The position numbers and the translations under genes are program-made. The notes beneath the pieces were generated by a model that saw only the letters and a program-made list of their open reading frames with translations, made no database searches and was not told the DNA's origin. Shown piece by piece: positions 14,864 to 23,582 of a stretch of DNA of 48,831 nt; the first letter of the stretch is position 1, and each line of letters begins with the position of its first letter. This stretch comes from Deltaproteobacteria bacterium (GTDB lineage Bacteria > Desulfobacterota > GWC2-55-46 > S146-80): positions 1-48,831 of the forward strand of contig WGFJ01000023.1 of NCBI GenBank assembly GCA_015492305.1, in the 5' to 3' direction.

Positions 14864-15000
14864 GGTTTCAATTCCCGTGGATGTAAAGAAAAAGGGAGGT
14901 GAGAGAAGGTTTCAGTCCCTTCCAGATCAGGTCTTTGTGGAGGGTTTCAATTCCTAAAGATAGAGGAAACAGAAACGGAGACGGAAGCGTTTCCATTCCA
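14864..15000 (+). repeat. four degenerate GGTTTCA(A/G)T(T/C)CC-headed units (CRISPR-repeat-like, not an array)
   Basis: Unit heads fall at 14865, 14909, 14944 and 14989. Unit 3 reads GTTTCAATTCCTAAAGATAGAGGAAAC. Spacing is 35-45 nt. Confidence 0.5.
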
Positions 15001-15109
15001 CGTGGGCAGGCCGGAAGGCAAAGAGATGAGATTTACAATCACCTTCCTTCGAAAGGCCTGCCCATATCAAATTTAGCAAAAGTCCACCGTCATATCAACC
15101 AGATCCAAC

Positions 15110-15333
15110 TCACTCATGATAGTATTCCAGAAACTCTTCCACACTCAGTCCTGCCTTTTTTATCTGGTTAAGGAGCAACCCCTTCTTGATGGGTTTTTCC
15201 CTTATGGACAGGGATGGAAAGAATATTAGGGTTTCCCTCCTTTGTGAGCTTTACATGGCTTCCCCTTCTTTCATCCTGCTCTCTCAAAGGCCTTTATAAC
15301 CTTCTCGGGTTTGAGATTGTGGAGGCCTTTCAT
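15110..15333 (-). pseudogene. hicA: hicA-like mRNA interferase toxin gene disrupted by two frameshifts
   Basis: The ATG overlaps the upstream stop (ATGA). Frame 1 gives MKGLHNLKPEKVIKAFERAG then TGA (15273-15271). The next frame gives ERRGSHVKLTKEGNPNILSIPVHKGK. After the A5 run (15197-15193) a third frame gives PIKKGLLLNQIKKAGLSVEEFLEYYHE*. The length of 224 nt is not divisible by 3. Confidence 0.6.
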
Positions 15334-15962
15334 ACAGCCGGGGCTTTTGTCTTCTCTTCCTCCACAATCTCAAGATGCCCCTCTATGGCATCCCGTATCA
15401 TCCTGAGGGCCTCTTCTACCGTGTCTCCCTGGGAGGCACACCCGGGAAGCTCGGGACATTCAACCCAGTATCCTCCGTCCTCAAGGTCTGGATGGAGTAT
15501 GACTTCATATGACCTGCCCCTGACCTTTACCCTGTATTTTCTTTCTCTGCCCACCGTTTCGATATCCCCTTTGAGTTCTTCAACGATCCTTCCGATGGCA
15601 ATACTCATGACCAGTTGTCCTTTAGAAAGGGCATCAAGGATGGTCTTTTTATCTTCTGTAAGGACAAAGATACTCTCACCGTCTGTTATAAGCCTGAGTT
15701 CTGCAAGGGGTTTCTCAACTTCTGGAAACTTCTCTTTGAGATAATCTATGGCCTTCCTTATCTTCTGAAGGCTCAACCCCTTATCAAGCAACACCTTTGC
15801 CACTTTCAGTTGAACAAGGTCCCTGAAGGAGTAAAGCCTTACACTTCCATATCCAGAGGCTTCCTGGACCTCAGGCTTTATGAAGCCGATCCTGTCCCAG
15901 TAATCAACCTGTCTTCTCGTAAGACCTGTTATCCTGCAAACGGTCTTTGTGTTGTAGGCCAT
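15330..15962 (-). CDS. hicB: MerR-type HTH fused to a HicB-like antitoxin domain
   Basis: The N-terminus YNTKTVCRITGLTRRQVDYWDRIGFIKPE...RLYSFRDLVQLKVAKVLLDKGLSLQKIRKAI is MerR-family. The C-terminus YEVILHPDLEDGGYWVECPELPGCASQGDTVEEALRMIRDAIEGHLE is a HicB/UPF0150 signature. Confidence 0.8.
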   Translation of the reverse strand: MAYNTKTVCRITGLTRRQVDYWDRIGFIKPEVQEASGYGSVRLYSFRDLVQLKVAKVLLDKGLSLQKIRKAIDYLKEKFPEVEKPLAELRLITDGESIFVLTEDKKTILDALSKGQLVMSIAIGRIVEELKGDIETVGRERKYRVKVRGRSYEVILHPDLEDGGYWVECPELPGCASQGDTVEEALRMIRDAIEGHLEIVEEEKTKAPAV

Positions 15963-16014
15963 GTCTTTCTCCTTAAATACATTGGTGTATTTATCATATC
16001 ATCTGCATAGATTA

Positions 16015-16072
16015 TGTCAAAGTTTTGGGAGAGGGAGGGGATTAAGGCCCTCCCTCTAGCCATCCTCCCAGA
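16015..16072. repeat. ~60-bp hairpin-containing repeat, copy B
   Basis: TGTCAAAGTTTTGGGAGAGGGAGGGGATTAAGGCCCTCCCTCTAGCCATCCTCCCAGA. It lies outside the element, upstream of the MerR-HicB gene. Confidence 0.75.
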
Positions 16073-16168
16073 CATGGAATGAAAGGATCTTGCCTTGACA
16101 ACCTTGACAGGAAGGATTTTTGTGTAGTAAAAGGTGACCCCTGAAAGATTTGAGAGAAAGGAGGAACT

Positions 16169-16918
16169 ATGAGAAGGGTTTTGGGTCTGATGGTCTTTAT
16201 CCTTTTCCTTTCTTCCCCTCAGGCCTTTGGAGGGGGCAAGGGAGCTCAATGGGGTTATGAGGGTTCGACAGGACCTGCACACTGGGGGGACCTGTCAAAG
16301 GAGTTCAGGCTGTGTAAAGAGGGGAAGAGCCAGTCACCTGTGAACATAGTAAATCCTGTGAAGGAGAGGTTGCCAGAGATAGAGTTTTATTATAAATCCA
16401 CCTCCCTTTCGATCATAAACAATGGACACACCATTAAGGTCAATTACACACAGGGTAGCTACATCATTTACAACGGGAGGAGATACGACCTCCTGCAGTT
16501 CCATTTTCACAGGCCAAGTGAGAATACGGTCAATGGCAAACACTTTGACATGGAAGCCCATCTGGTGCACAAAGGCGATGGGGGAGAACTCCTTGTGGTA
16601 GCCATCTTTCTCAAAGAAGGCAAGAGGCATCCCCTGATCCAAAGACTCTGGCAGTATATCCCCGAGGAGATCGGACATAAGAAGCATTACAGAGATGTGA
16701 GGATAGATATCTCCAGCTTACTACCCAACGAGAAGGGGTACTACTTCTTTAGTGGTTCTCTGACCACTCCGCCCTGCACAGAGGGTGTGAAGTGGATTGT
16801 CCTGAAAAGGCCTGTAGAGGTTTCGAAGGATCAAGTGGAAAGGTTTGAAGGTTTCTACAGGATGAATGCGAGGCCTGTCCAGCCCCTTAATGGTAGGAGG
16901 ATCAGGGAGAGCTTCTGA
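16169..16918 (+). CDS. alpha-class carbonic anhydrase with signal peptide
   Basis: MRRVLGLMVFILFLSSPQAFG signal peptide, then WGYEGSTGPAHWG, QSPVNI, QFHFHRPSENTVNGKHFDMEAHLVH and GSLTTPPCTEGVKWIV. Confidence 0.92.
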   Translation: MRRVLGLMVFILFLSSPQAFGGGKGAQWGYEGSTGPAHWGDLSKEFRLCKEGKSQSPVNIVNPVKERLPEIEFYYKSTSLSIINNGHTIKVNYTQGSYIIYNGRRYDLLQFHFHRPSENTVNGKHFDMEAHLVHKGDGGELLVVAIFLKEGKRHPLIQRLWQYIPEEIGHKKHYRDVRIDISSLLPNEKGYYFFSGSLTTPPCTEGVKWIVLKRPVEVSKDQVERFEGFYRMNARPVQPLNGRRIRESF

Positions 16919-16927
16919 GTGAGTCAG

Positions 16928-18589
16928 TTACAGGCCTTCTTTCACAAAGAGGGGGACGATCTGCCCTTCTTCCCCATCTACGAGTCCTTTGTCGGTGATC
17001 CGCAGTTTGGGCACCACCGGTAGTGACAGGAAGGAGAGGCTCATAAAGGGGTCTGGTAGCTTACACCCAAGGTGCCTTGTGGTATCTATCAGTCCTTTGT
17101 GCATGGCAGACAGGGTTTCTACCGGCTCGTAGGACATAAGGCCGGCAACCGGCAGGGGAAGGGATGCAAGGGTCCTTCCCTCTGCCACCACTGTAAGCCC
17201 TCCCTTCATATCTGTAATCTTCTTTGCTGCCAAGAGTATATCCCTGTCATCCACCCCCACTACAACAAGGTTGTGGGCATCGTGGGCAATGGAGGAGGCA
17301 ATGGCCCCCTTCCTAAGGCCAAAGCCCATAACGAACCCTATTCCTCTATTACCTGTTGCCCTGTGCCTTTCAAATACCACAGCCTTGAGGAGATCCCTGT
17401 CCGGGTCAGAAATAGCCTTCCCATCCTGGATCTTTGCCCTCACAATCCTTTCCCTGGTGAGGATGGAATCAGGGATCACCTCTATGGCCCTTAAAAGCTC
17501 CCCTTCTGCCATAACATCTATGTTTTTTATCTCTATCTTCATCCCCTCCCATGGACAGGGATACCCCTTTCTTTCCCACAGGGGCACTCCATCCCTTGCC
17601 ACCACCTCACCATCCTTTATGACCATGATGGGTTTGAACCTCTTCAGGTCTGGCAGAACCACTATATCGGCCCTGTATCCAGGGGCTATGGCACCGATCC
17701 CCTTGAGACGATAGAACTCAGCAGGATTGAGGGTTACCATCCTCAGGGCAACAAGGGGGTCTACACCTTCATCAATGGCCTTCCTCAGGATCCCATCCAT
17801 GTGGCCCTCTTCAACAAGGTCTGAAGGGGACCTGTCATCGCTTACAAAGGCAAGCCTCCTTTCTGTTTCCCTCTTTATGAGGGGGATAAGGGTCTTGAGG
17901 TCCTTTTCCGTTGTACCTTCTCTTATAAGCAGAAAGACCCCTTTCTCCAGTTTTTCAAGGCCTTCTTCCTCTGAGGTGGTCTCATGATCCGTGTAGATGC
18001 CACGGGATATGTATCGATCGAGGTCCTTTCCCCTCAGGGAAGGTGCATGACCATCCACAGGCCGGCCCTGGAAAAGGGATAGCTTCTTTAGTAGATCCTT
18101 CCTCCCACCCAGCACCCCTGCCACATCCATGACCTCTCCAAGGCCGATAACCCTTTCCTCGGAGAGCAGTTCCTCAAGATCCTCTGCCTCGATCCTTGCA
18201 CCTGCTGTCTCAAGTGGGCTTGATGGGACGCACGAGGGTAGCATGATGTAGAGGTTAAGCGGAATATCCCTTGAAGATTTTATCATGTACCTTATGCCTT
18301 TCACACCCATTACATTCGCTATCTCATGGGGATCGGCTATAACCGTTGTGGTACCCCTGGGCACAACGGCCCTTGCAAACTCAGGAGGGGTCATGAGGGT
18401 GCTCTCTATGTGGAGGTGGGCATCTATGAAGCCGGGAAGCAGGTAGAGGCCCTTTACATGGATGACCTCTTTGCCCTTGTAGCCGTTCCACCCTGCTATG
18501 GTTCCCTTATCTATGGCAACATCGAGTTCCTGGATCTTACCTGTGAAGAGGTTTACTACCTTCCCACCCTTTAATACCCTGTCCACCAT
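16928..18589 (-). CDS. ade: adenine deaminase
   Basis: Amidohydrolase pattern LLPGFIDAHLHIESTLMTPPEFARAVVPRGTTTVIADPHEIANV, with about 553 aa from ATG 18589. That start lies 2 nt after the upstream stop, so it is preferred over the track start at 18607. Confidence 0.88.
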   Translation of the reverse strand: MVDRVLKGGKVVNLFTGKIQELDVAIDKGTIAGWNGYKGKEVIHVKGLYLLPGFIDAHLHIESTLMTPPEFARAVVPRGTTTVIADPHEIANVMGVKGIRYMIKSSRDIPLNLYIMLPSCVPSSPLETAGARIEAEDLEELLSEERVIGLGEVMDVAGVLGGRKDLLKKLSLFQGRPVDGHAPSLRGKDLDRYISRGIYTDHETTSEEEGLEKLEKGVFLLIREGTTEKDLKTLIPLIKRETERRLAFVSDDRSPSDLVEEGHMDGILRKAIDEGVDPLVALRMVTLNPAEFYRLKGIGAIAPGYRADIVVLPDLKRFKPIMVIKDGEVVARDGVPLWERKGYPCPWEGMKIEIKNIDVMAEGELLRAIEVIPDSILTRERIVRAKIQDGKAISDPDRDLLKAVVFERHRATGNRGIGFVMGFGLRKGAIASSIAHDAHNLVVVGVDDRDILLAAKKITDMKGGLTVVAEGRTLASLPLPVAGLMSYEPVETLSAMHKGLIDTTRHLGCKLPDPFMSLSFLSLPVVPKLRITDKGLVDGEEGQIVPLFVKEGL

Positions 18590-18591
18590 GG

Positions 18592-19347
18592 CTACTCGAC
18601 AATCCATATCTGGGAAGGGTCCTTCACCACTATTTCAGGTCCATTGTACTCCTCTATCCTTCCAGTTACAATGACCTCTTTTCCACGGTAGTAGGTTTCA
18701 GGGGATATGCCTCTCCTTTCAAACCTTCCAAGATCCCTTGAGAATATCACCACTGTAAAGTCCCTTCTGTAATCCTTGCCGAAGTTGAGGAAGACCACCT
18801 TTTCACTTCTGTAAGTGGACAGCACCTTTCCCCTTACCGCCTTGTATTCTCCTATGTATCTTCCTGCCTCTGTGGGTGGGATGGCCTTCTTCCCGATGGA
18901 CCATATCCCGAGCCCCTTTCTCCGGGCCTCCCTTTCCAGATCAAGGAGGAGCCTTTCCTTTTCCTTCCCGCAGGGGGGGATGATGAGGGCTCTGGCAAGG
19001 CCCTCCTTGAGGAGCTGGGTGTTTACAAGGGTGCCATTGGCATAGACCCAGGCAAGGAGCCTGCCGTATTTATCATACCTTTCCTCCCTGCACGGCTCGA
19101 TGCGGATCTGCTTTCCTGAAAGGAGTTCCTCATTCCTCTTCTTTGCCTCCTCAAAGAATGGTTCGTCCCACTCAGGGGTATCGATCCCTATGTACCTGAT
19201 CCTTTCCCCGTGGACCACTATGGTGTCTCCATCGACCACTTCCACACCTCGTCCTGGGGGTCCCGATCTGGAAAGGAGGAAGAGGATGAGGATGAAGAGA
19301 GGGATGGGGATCCACTTCCATCCCTTTGTTGGCCTGATCTTTACCAC
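18592..19347 (-). CDS. membrane-anchored thermonuclease (SNase-like) family protein
   Basis: N-terminal hydrophobic anchor. VVDGDTIVVHGERIRYIGIDTPE and GRLLAWVY...VNTQLLKEGLA are staphylococcal-nuclease-like motifs. Confidence 0.75.
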   Translation of the reverse strand: MVKIRPTKGWKWIPIPLFILILFLLSRSGPPGRGVEVVDGDTIVVHGERIRYIGIDTPEWDEPFFEEAKKRNEELLSGKQIRIEPCREERYDKYGRLLAWVYANGTLVNTQLLKEGLARALIIPPCGKEKERLLLDLEREARRKGLGIWSIGKKAIPPTEAGRYIGEYKAVRGKVLSTYRSEKVVFLNFGKDYRRDFTVVIFSRDLGRFERRGISPETYYRGKEVIVTGRIEEYNGPEIVVKDPSQIWIVE

Positions 19348-19865
19348 TTTTCTCTGAGGCGATGTATCTCTTCGTTGATGGACTCGATGAGTTCAAGCAT
19401 CTCTTCCGGGGATTCTCCCTTCATGAGCCTTGTCCTCAACTCGGCAAGCCTTTCAGAAAGGAGGCTGTTCAGCCTGTTGTATTCGATGGACATCTCTTCG
19501 AACCTGTCAAGGAGCTTGTTTAGATTGGAGACAAAGCTCCTCACATGCCAGTCGTCGTTCCTCCTTATACTGAGCCTTCTGGAGAGATCCCCCTTTGCGA
19601 TCATCTTCATCTCGTATTCCAGCCGCTTGAAGGGACCAACGAGGCGATGGGTGAAGAAGAGGGCAGAAAAGGCCACGATCGCTGTGTAACCCACCATGAG
19701 GAAGATGGTGAGGAAAGGGGTCCTTACACCGAGGATAGCGTTAAGTTCCTTTGAGAGGTAGAGGAGAAAGGTGCCACCAAGGAGGGCTATGATTACCAGA
19801 ACAGCTATGGAGGCCTGGAGTTCTCTGGCCACAAAATAGTGCTGTCTCACCTTTCTGCCACCCAT
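19341..19865 (-). CDS. two-TM protein with a HAMP-like linker
   Basis: Two hydrophobic segments followed by HRLVGPFKRLEYEMKMIAKGDLSRRLSIRRNDDWHVRSFVSNLNKLL. No output domain follows. Confidence 0.6.
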   Translation of the reverse strand: MGGRKVRQHYFVARELQASIAVLVIIALLGGTFLLYLSKELNAILGVRTPFLTIFLMVGYTAIVAFSALFFTHRLVGPFKRLEYEMKMIAKGDLSRRLSIRRNDDWHVRSFVSNLNKLLDRFEEMSIEYNRLNSLLSERLAELRTRLMKGESPEEMLELIESINEEIHRLREKW

Positions 19866-19916
19866 AGATAAGGATAGGATAAGGGTTTTGACTTTTTTAT
19901 GTCAAGGCCGAAGAGT

Positions 19917-22832
19917 TCACCCCATCGGCACAAATCCCCTCCTCATCATGTTTTCCGATATGCTCCTCGGGTTCATGAACTGGATGAGGTAGTCAGGCCC
20001 CCCTGCCTTTGAACCGACCCCTGACATGGCAAAGCCACCAAAGGGCTGTCTCCCGACGATTGCCCCGGTTATCTTGCGGTTGATGTAGAGGTTTCCTACC
20101 AGAAACTCCTTCTTCACCTTCTCAATATTCCTTGGGCTCCTTGAATAGAGGCCCCCTGTAAGGGCATAGGATGTGGAGTTGGCAATCTCAAGGGCCTCAT
20201 CCATATCCTTTGCCTTCAGGATGACAAGGAGGGGGCCGAATATCTCCTCCTGTGCAAGGGGTGAGGATGGGTCTATATCCACGAAGATGGATGGTCCCAT
20301 GTAATATCCATCCCCTCTGACCTCCCTCAAAAGGAGGGGCTTTCCTTCCTTCATACCCCTCTCTACATAACCCCTTACCCTCTCCACAGCCTTTTCATCT
20401 ATTAGGGGGCCCATGAGGTTTCCCGGCTCTTCAGGGGGACCTATACCTATACTCTCCATGGCATCCTTTAACCTTTCAAGAAAGCCTTCAACCTTGCCTA
20501 CCAGTATCACCCTCGAGCAGGCTGAACACTTCTGTCCCTGATAACCCAGGGCAGATTCAAGGACCCCCTTTACGGCCTCATCTATATCAGCGGTCTCGTC
20601 GATGATGATCGCATTCTTCCCACCCATCTCAGCAATGACCCTCTTTATCCCCTTCTGTCCGGGCCTCACCCTTCCAGCAGCCTCCACTATCCTGAGGCCC
20701 ACCTCCTTTGATCCTGTAAAGGCGATGAAATCCACCTCAGGGTGTTCAACAAGGAAGTCTCCAACCTCCTCTCCTCCACCAGGGACAAAGTTCAACACCC
20801 CATCGGGGATACCTGAAAGCCTGAACAGTTCTACAAGCCACCACCCTATTACAGGTGAAAGGCTCGAGGGTTTGAAGAGGATGCAATTTCCAGTCACAAG
20901 GCCGGCAGATACCATCCCTGTAGGTATGGCAAGGGGGAAATTCCAGGGAGATATGACGACCCCTATCCCCCTGGGTTCGTAGATATACCTGTTCCTTTCT
21001 CCAGGAAGGCTCTTTACCTTTTCTTCCTTTGAAAGCCTTACCATCTCCCTTCCGTAGTACTCGAGGTAGTCTATGGCCTCTGCCACATCTCCGTCTGCCT
21101 CCTTCCAGTTCTTCCCCACTTCATGGACCATGAGGGCCATGAGATAGAACCTTCTTTCCCTCATCAACTGGGCCACCTTGAAGAGGTAAGAGGCCCTTTC
21201 TTCCGGAGGCGTTTCCTTCCAGTCCTTTAAGGCCGCCTTTGCCTCCTTTACAGCCCGTTCCGCATCCTTCCTTGAGGCCTTTGAAACGATCCCGACCACT
21301 TCTTCAGGTCTTGCAGGGTTTCTGGAGGTGATACCTTCTTCCCTTTCTATCTGCCTTCCGCCTATGTATAAGGGGTACCGTCTGCCCAAGTCTTCCTTTA
21401 TCCCTGATAGTGCCTCCTTCATGGACCTCCTGTTTTCTTCCCTGGAGAAGTCGGTAGGTGGCTCGTTCTTGAAATCCCCTTCCTCTGGAATGACCTTGCC
21501 TTTCGGTGAGGGCTTTGCCATCAGTTCCTCAAAGGTAAGCCTTTCAACAAAGGATCTCCTGAGGAAGGACTCGTTTGATGTGTTCTCAAGGAGCCTCCTT
21601 ATCAGGTAGGCCATGCCAGGGATGAGTCTGCCCATGGGTGTGTAGACCCTCACCCTGTACCCGAGGTCCTTTACCGCATCCCTTATGGGCTCTGCCATCC
21701 CGTAGAGCATCTGGAACTCCATCGCCCCTTCGGGTATGCCAAGTTCTTCCCCTATGGCAATGGCATTGCTTATGCTCCTTATGTTATGGGTGGCAAAGGC
21801 AGGCTTGACATACTCCACATTTTCAAGGAGCACCCTTGTGAGGGCCTCATAGTTCTGATCCGTCTCTTCCTTCTCAAGGTAGACAGGTACCGGCCAGCCC
21901 TTCTGCCTGTTCACCGCCACTTCATAATCCCAGTAAGCCCCTTTGACGAGCCGGATGGTCAGCCTCTTGCCCCTGTCCTTTGCCCAGGAGATGAGGTCTT
22001 CGAGGTCCTTTCTTGAGTCTTTAAGATAGGCCTGGATGGCTATCCCTGCCTCAACGTCCCTGAACCTTTCTGTCAGGTCCTTGAAGATGGCGATGGTAAG
22101 GTCCTTGTAGTGGTAGTGTTCCATATCGAAGGTTATGGAAGCGTAAAGGTCCTTTGCCTTTTCAAAGATGGGGGAGAGCCTTTCCTTTGTCCTTTCCATC
22201 GATCCTTCCCAGTCCATGGGATCGAGCTGGGAGTAAAAGGAGGAGACCTTCAGGGAGAGGCTCAAAGAAGGAATGGGACCCTTATCGTCCCTTTCAAGGA
22301 GGGGCCTTGATGGCCAGGCCTTGATGATCTCGTAAAGATAGAGGATGGCCCGGAGGTAGTTGTCCGTATAGAAGTCCGCCTCTTTTTCGCTTAGAACGGT
22401 CTCCCCGAGGATGTCAATGGAGAAGGCAAAGCCATCCATCCAGAGGGACCTTACTGTTTCACCCACCTCCTTCTCGTTCTCTCCACCTATGAACTGGCGG
22501 GCAAGGCTTCTCACATTTGCCCTCACAAGCCGGGCGGTGAGGGCTGTGAAGGGTGGAAGTTCGGGAACCGCCCTTATCCCCATCTTCAAAAGATGGGGGG
22601 AGGGGGCATCTGCAAAGTACTCCTTAAGGAGCCTTACCACCATTGCATCCTCCTTAAGGGAGGGCAGGAGATCTACAAACTGGAAGAGCCTTGTCTTGAA
22701 GGTTTCATCCCTCATGGCCCACTCCATGACCTTTCCCTTCCACCTCCTCCTGTCAAACAGTGAAGGGGTGGACCTCAAGGAGGCCCTGTGGAGCTTCCTC
22801 CCTATGGCCTTTATCCTTTCCTCTAAATCCAT
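19917..22832 (-). CDS. putA: bifunctional proline dehydrogenase / 1-pyrroline-5-carboxylate dehydrogenase
   Basis: 971 aa. The N-terminal half is a PRODH-type barrel (FSIDILGE, VKGAYWD). The C-terminal half is an aldehyde dehydrogenase (ISPWNFPLAI, FTGS, EMGGKN, GYQGQKCSACSR, EEIFGP). Confidence 0.88.
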   Translation of the reverse strand: MDLEERIKAIGRKLHRASLRSTPSLFDRRRWKGKVMEWAMRDETFKTRLFQFVDLLPSLKEDAMVVRLLKEYFADAPSPHLLKMGIRAVPELPPFTALTARLVRANVRSLARQFIGGENEKEVGETVRSLWMDGFAFSIDILGETVLSEKEADFYTDNYLRAILYLYEIIKAWPSRPLLERDDKGPIPSLSLSLKVSSFYSQLDPMDWEGSMERTKERLSPIFEKAKDLYASITFDMEHYHYKDLTIAIFKDLTERFRDVEAGIAIQAYLKDSRKDLEDLISWAKDRGKRLTIRLVKGAYWDYEVAVNRQKGWPVPVYLEKEETDQNYEALTRVLLENVEYVKPAFATHNIRSISNAIAIGEELGIPEGAMEFQMLYGMAEPIRDAVKDLGYRVRVYTPMGRLIPGMAYLIRRLLENTSNESFLRRSFVERLTFEELMAKPSPKGKVIPEEGDFKNEPPTDFSREENRRSMKEALSGIKEDLGRRYPLYIGGRQIEREEGITSRNPARPEEVVGIVSKASRKDAERAVKEAKAALKDWKETPPEERASYLFKVAQLMRERRFYLMALMVHEVGKNWKEADGDVAEAIDYLEYYGREMVRLSKEEKVKSLPGERNRYIYEPRGIGVVISPWNFPLAIPTGMVSAGLVTGNCILFKPSSLSPVIGWWLVELFRLSGIPDGVLNFVPGGGEEVGDFLVEHPEVDFIAFTGSKEVGLRIVEAAGRVRPGQKGIKRVIAEMGGKNAIIIDETADIDEAVKGVLESALGYQGQKCSACSRVILVGKVEGFLERLKDAMESIGIGPPEEPGNLMGPLIDEKAVERVRGYVERGMKEGKPLLLREVRGDGYYMGPSIFVDIDPSSPLAQEEIFGPLLVILKAKDMDEALEIANSTSYALTGGLYSRSPRNIEKVKKEFLVGNLYINRKITGAIVGRQPFGGFAMSGVGSKAGGPDYLIQFMNPRSISENMMRRGFVPMG

Positions 22833-22927
22833 GACCTACCCCCTTTTCCAAGGATAGCAGGGAAGGAGCCCTTTTTCAACATAAGGGTTGACAATGGGAA
22901 GGAGAGAGTGGTAAAAGTTTTAACAGT

Positions 22928-23002
<75 letters not shown>

Positions 23003-23047
23003 GTGAAATCAAGGTCTTTAAAACTACCGCTATAATCTTATATAATC

Positions 23048-23179
23048 CTATCTCCTTCTCCTATTTTCTTCCTGTAAAGGCGTTAGGGGTCCTGTGAGTC
23101 TGTTGCCTACAGGGTCGTAGGTGAAGGTCTCTGCCCTTTTCTCCTGCTCTTTGTTTTTGCTCTTTTTCCTTTCTATAAA
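23048..23179 (-). pseudogene. start-less fragment of an RHS core
   Basis: The frame opens directly after the immunity-gene stop and has no start codon. It translates ...ERKKSKNKEQEKRAETFTYDPVGNRLTGPLTPLQEENRRRR*. By my alignment, 23091-23135 matches 24697-24741 of the intact gene at 38 of 45 positions. Confidence 0.65.
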
Positions 23180-23578
23180 TCATACACTTACCTGATTTTT
23201 TAATTTTCTTGCCAAATATACACCTATACTCAAAAAGAGATAAATATCCACTAACTCAAGAAAATAACTAATGGAAAAGTCAAAAAAGAGTAAGGAAAAA
23301 GGTATCACACAAATATAACCTACTAAGTACTCTTTATCTTTTGCAATTAATCCAATAAATATCCCTGTAACAATGGATATGAAGGGGAAAAGAGCTATTT
23401 GATATAAGATATTTACTTCTTGGAATAACTTAATAAGTTCATCTTCTCTAAAATCCCCTTTTGCAAATTTACTGAAAGGTTCAATATCAAAATTGACCAG
23501 AATAAAACCAATTATAGCCATACATAAAAAAGGAACCATGATTCCTAATATTATGGCTAATGTATTTCTCATTTCCAT
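23180..23578 (-). CDS. four-TM membrane protein, candidate RHS immunity protein
   Basis: 132 aa, with ATG 4 nt after the RHS stop. It has four hydrophobic helices: LAIILGIMVPFLCMAIIGFILV, ILYQIALFPFISIVTGIFIGLIA, LVGYICVIPFSLLFF and IYLFLSIGVYLA. The codon usage is strongly AT-rich. Confidence 0.6.
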   Translation of the reverse strand: MEMRNTLAIILGIMVPFLCMAIIGFILVNFDIEPFSKFAKGDFREDELIKLFQEVNILYQIALFPFISIVTGIFIGLIAKDKEYLVGYICVIPFSLLFFDFSISYFLELVDIYLFLSIGVYLARKLKNQVSV

Positions 23579-23582
23579 TTAC

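Noticed and set aside
14864-15000. Possible CRISPR array
   Set aside because: There are only four degenerate units with a 35-45-nt period, which is too short for repeat plus spacer. The repeats have no conserved full length and no cas genes are nearby. It is kept only as a repeat or remnant.
14899-15171. 90-aa plus-strand ORF
   Set aside because: It is built from the GGTTTCAATTCC repeat units (VSIP motifs recur) and runs into the hicA 3' end on the opposite strand. It has no RBS.
15929-16282. 117-aa minus-strand ORF upstream of MerR-HicB
   Set aside because: It crosses the hairpin repeat and the carbonic-anhydrase promoter and 5' coding region. Only its WEDG* end resembles a gene remnant.
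19866-19916. GGATAAGGATAGGATAAGG and TTGAC-N8-GTCAA in the putA/HAMP intergenic gap as a regulatory element or terminator
   Set aside because: The arms are short (5 bp) and there is no U tract. It is too weak to distinguish from chance by eye.
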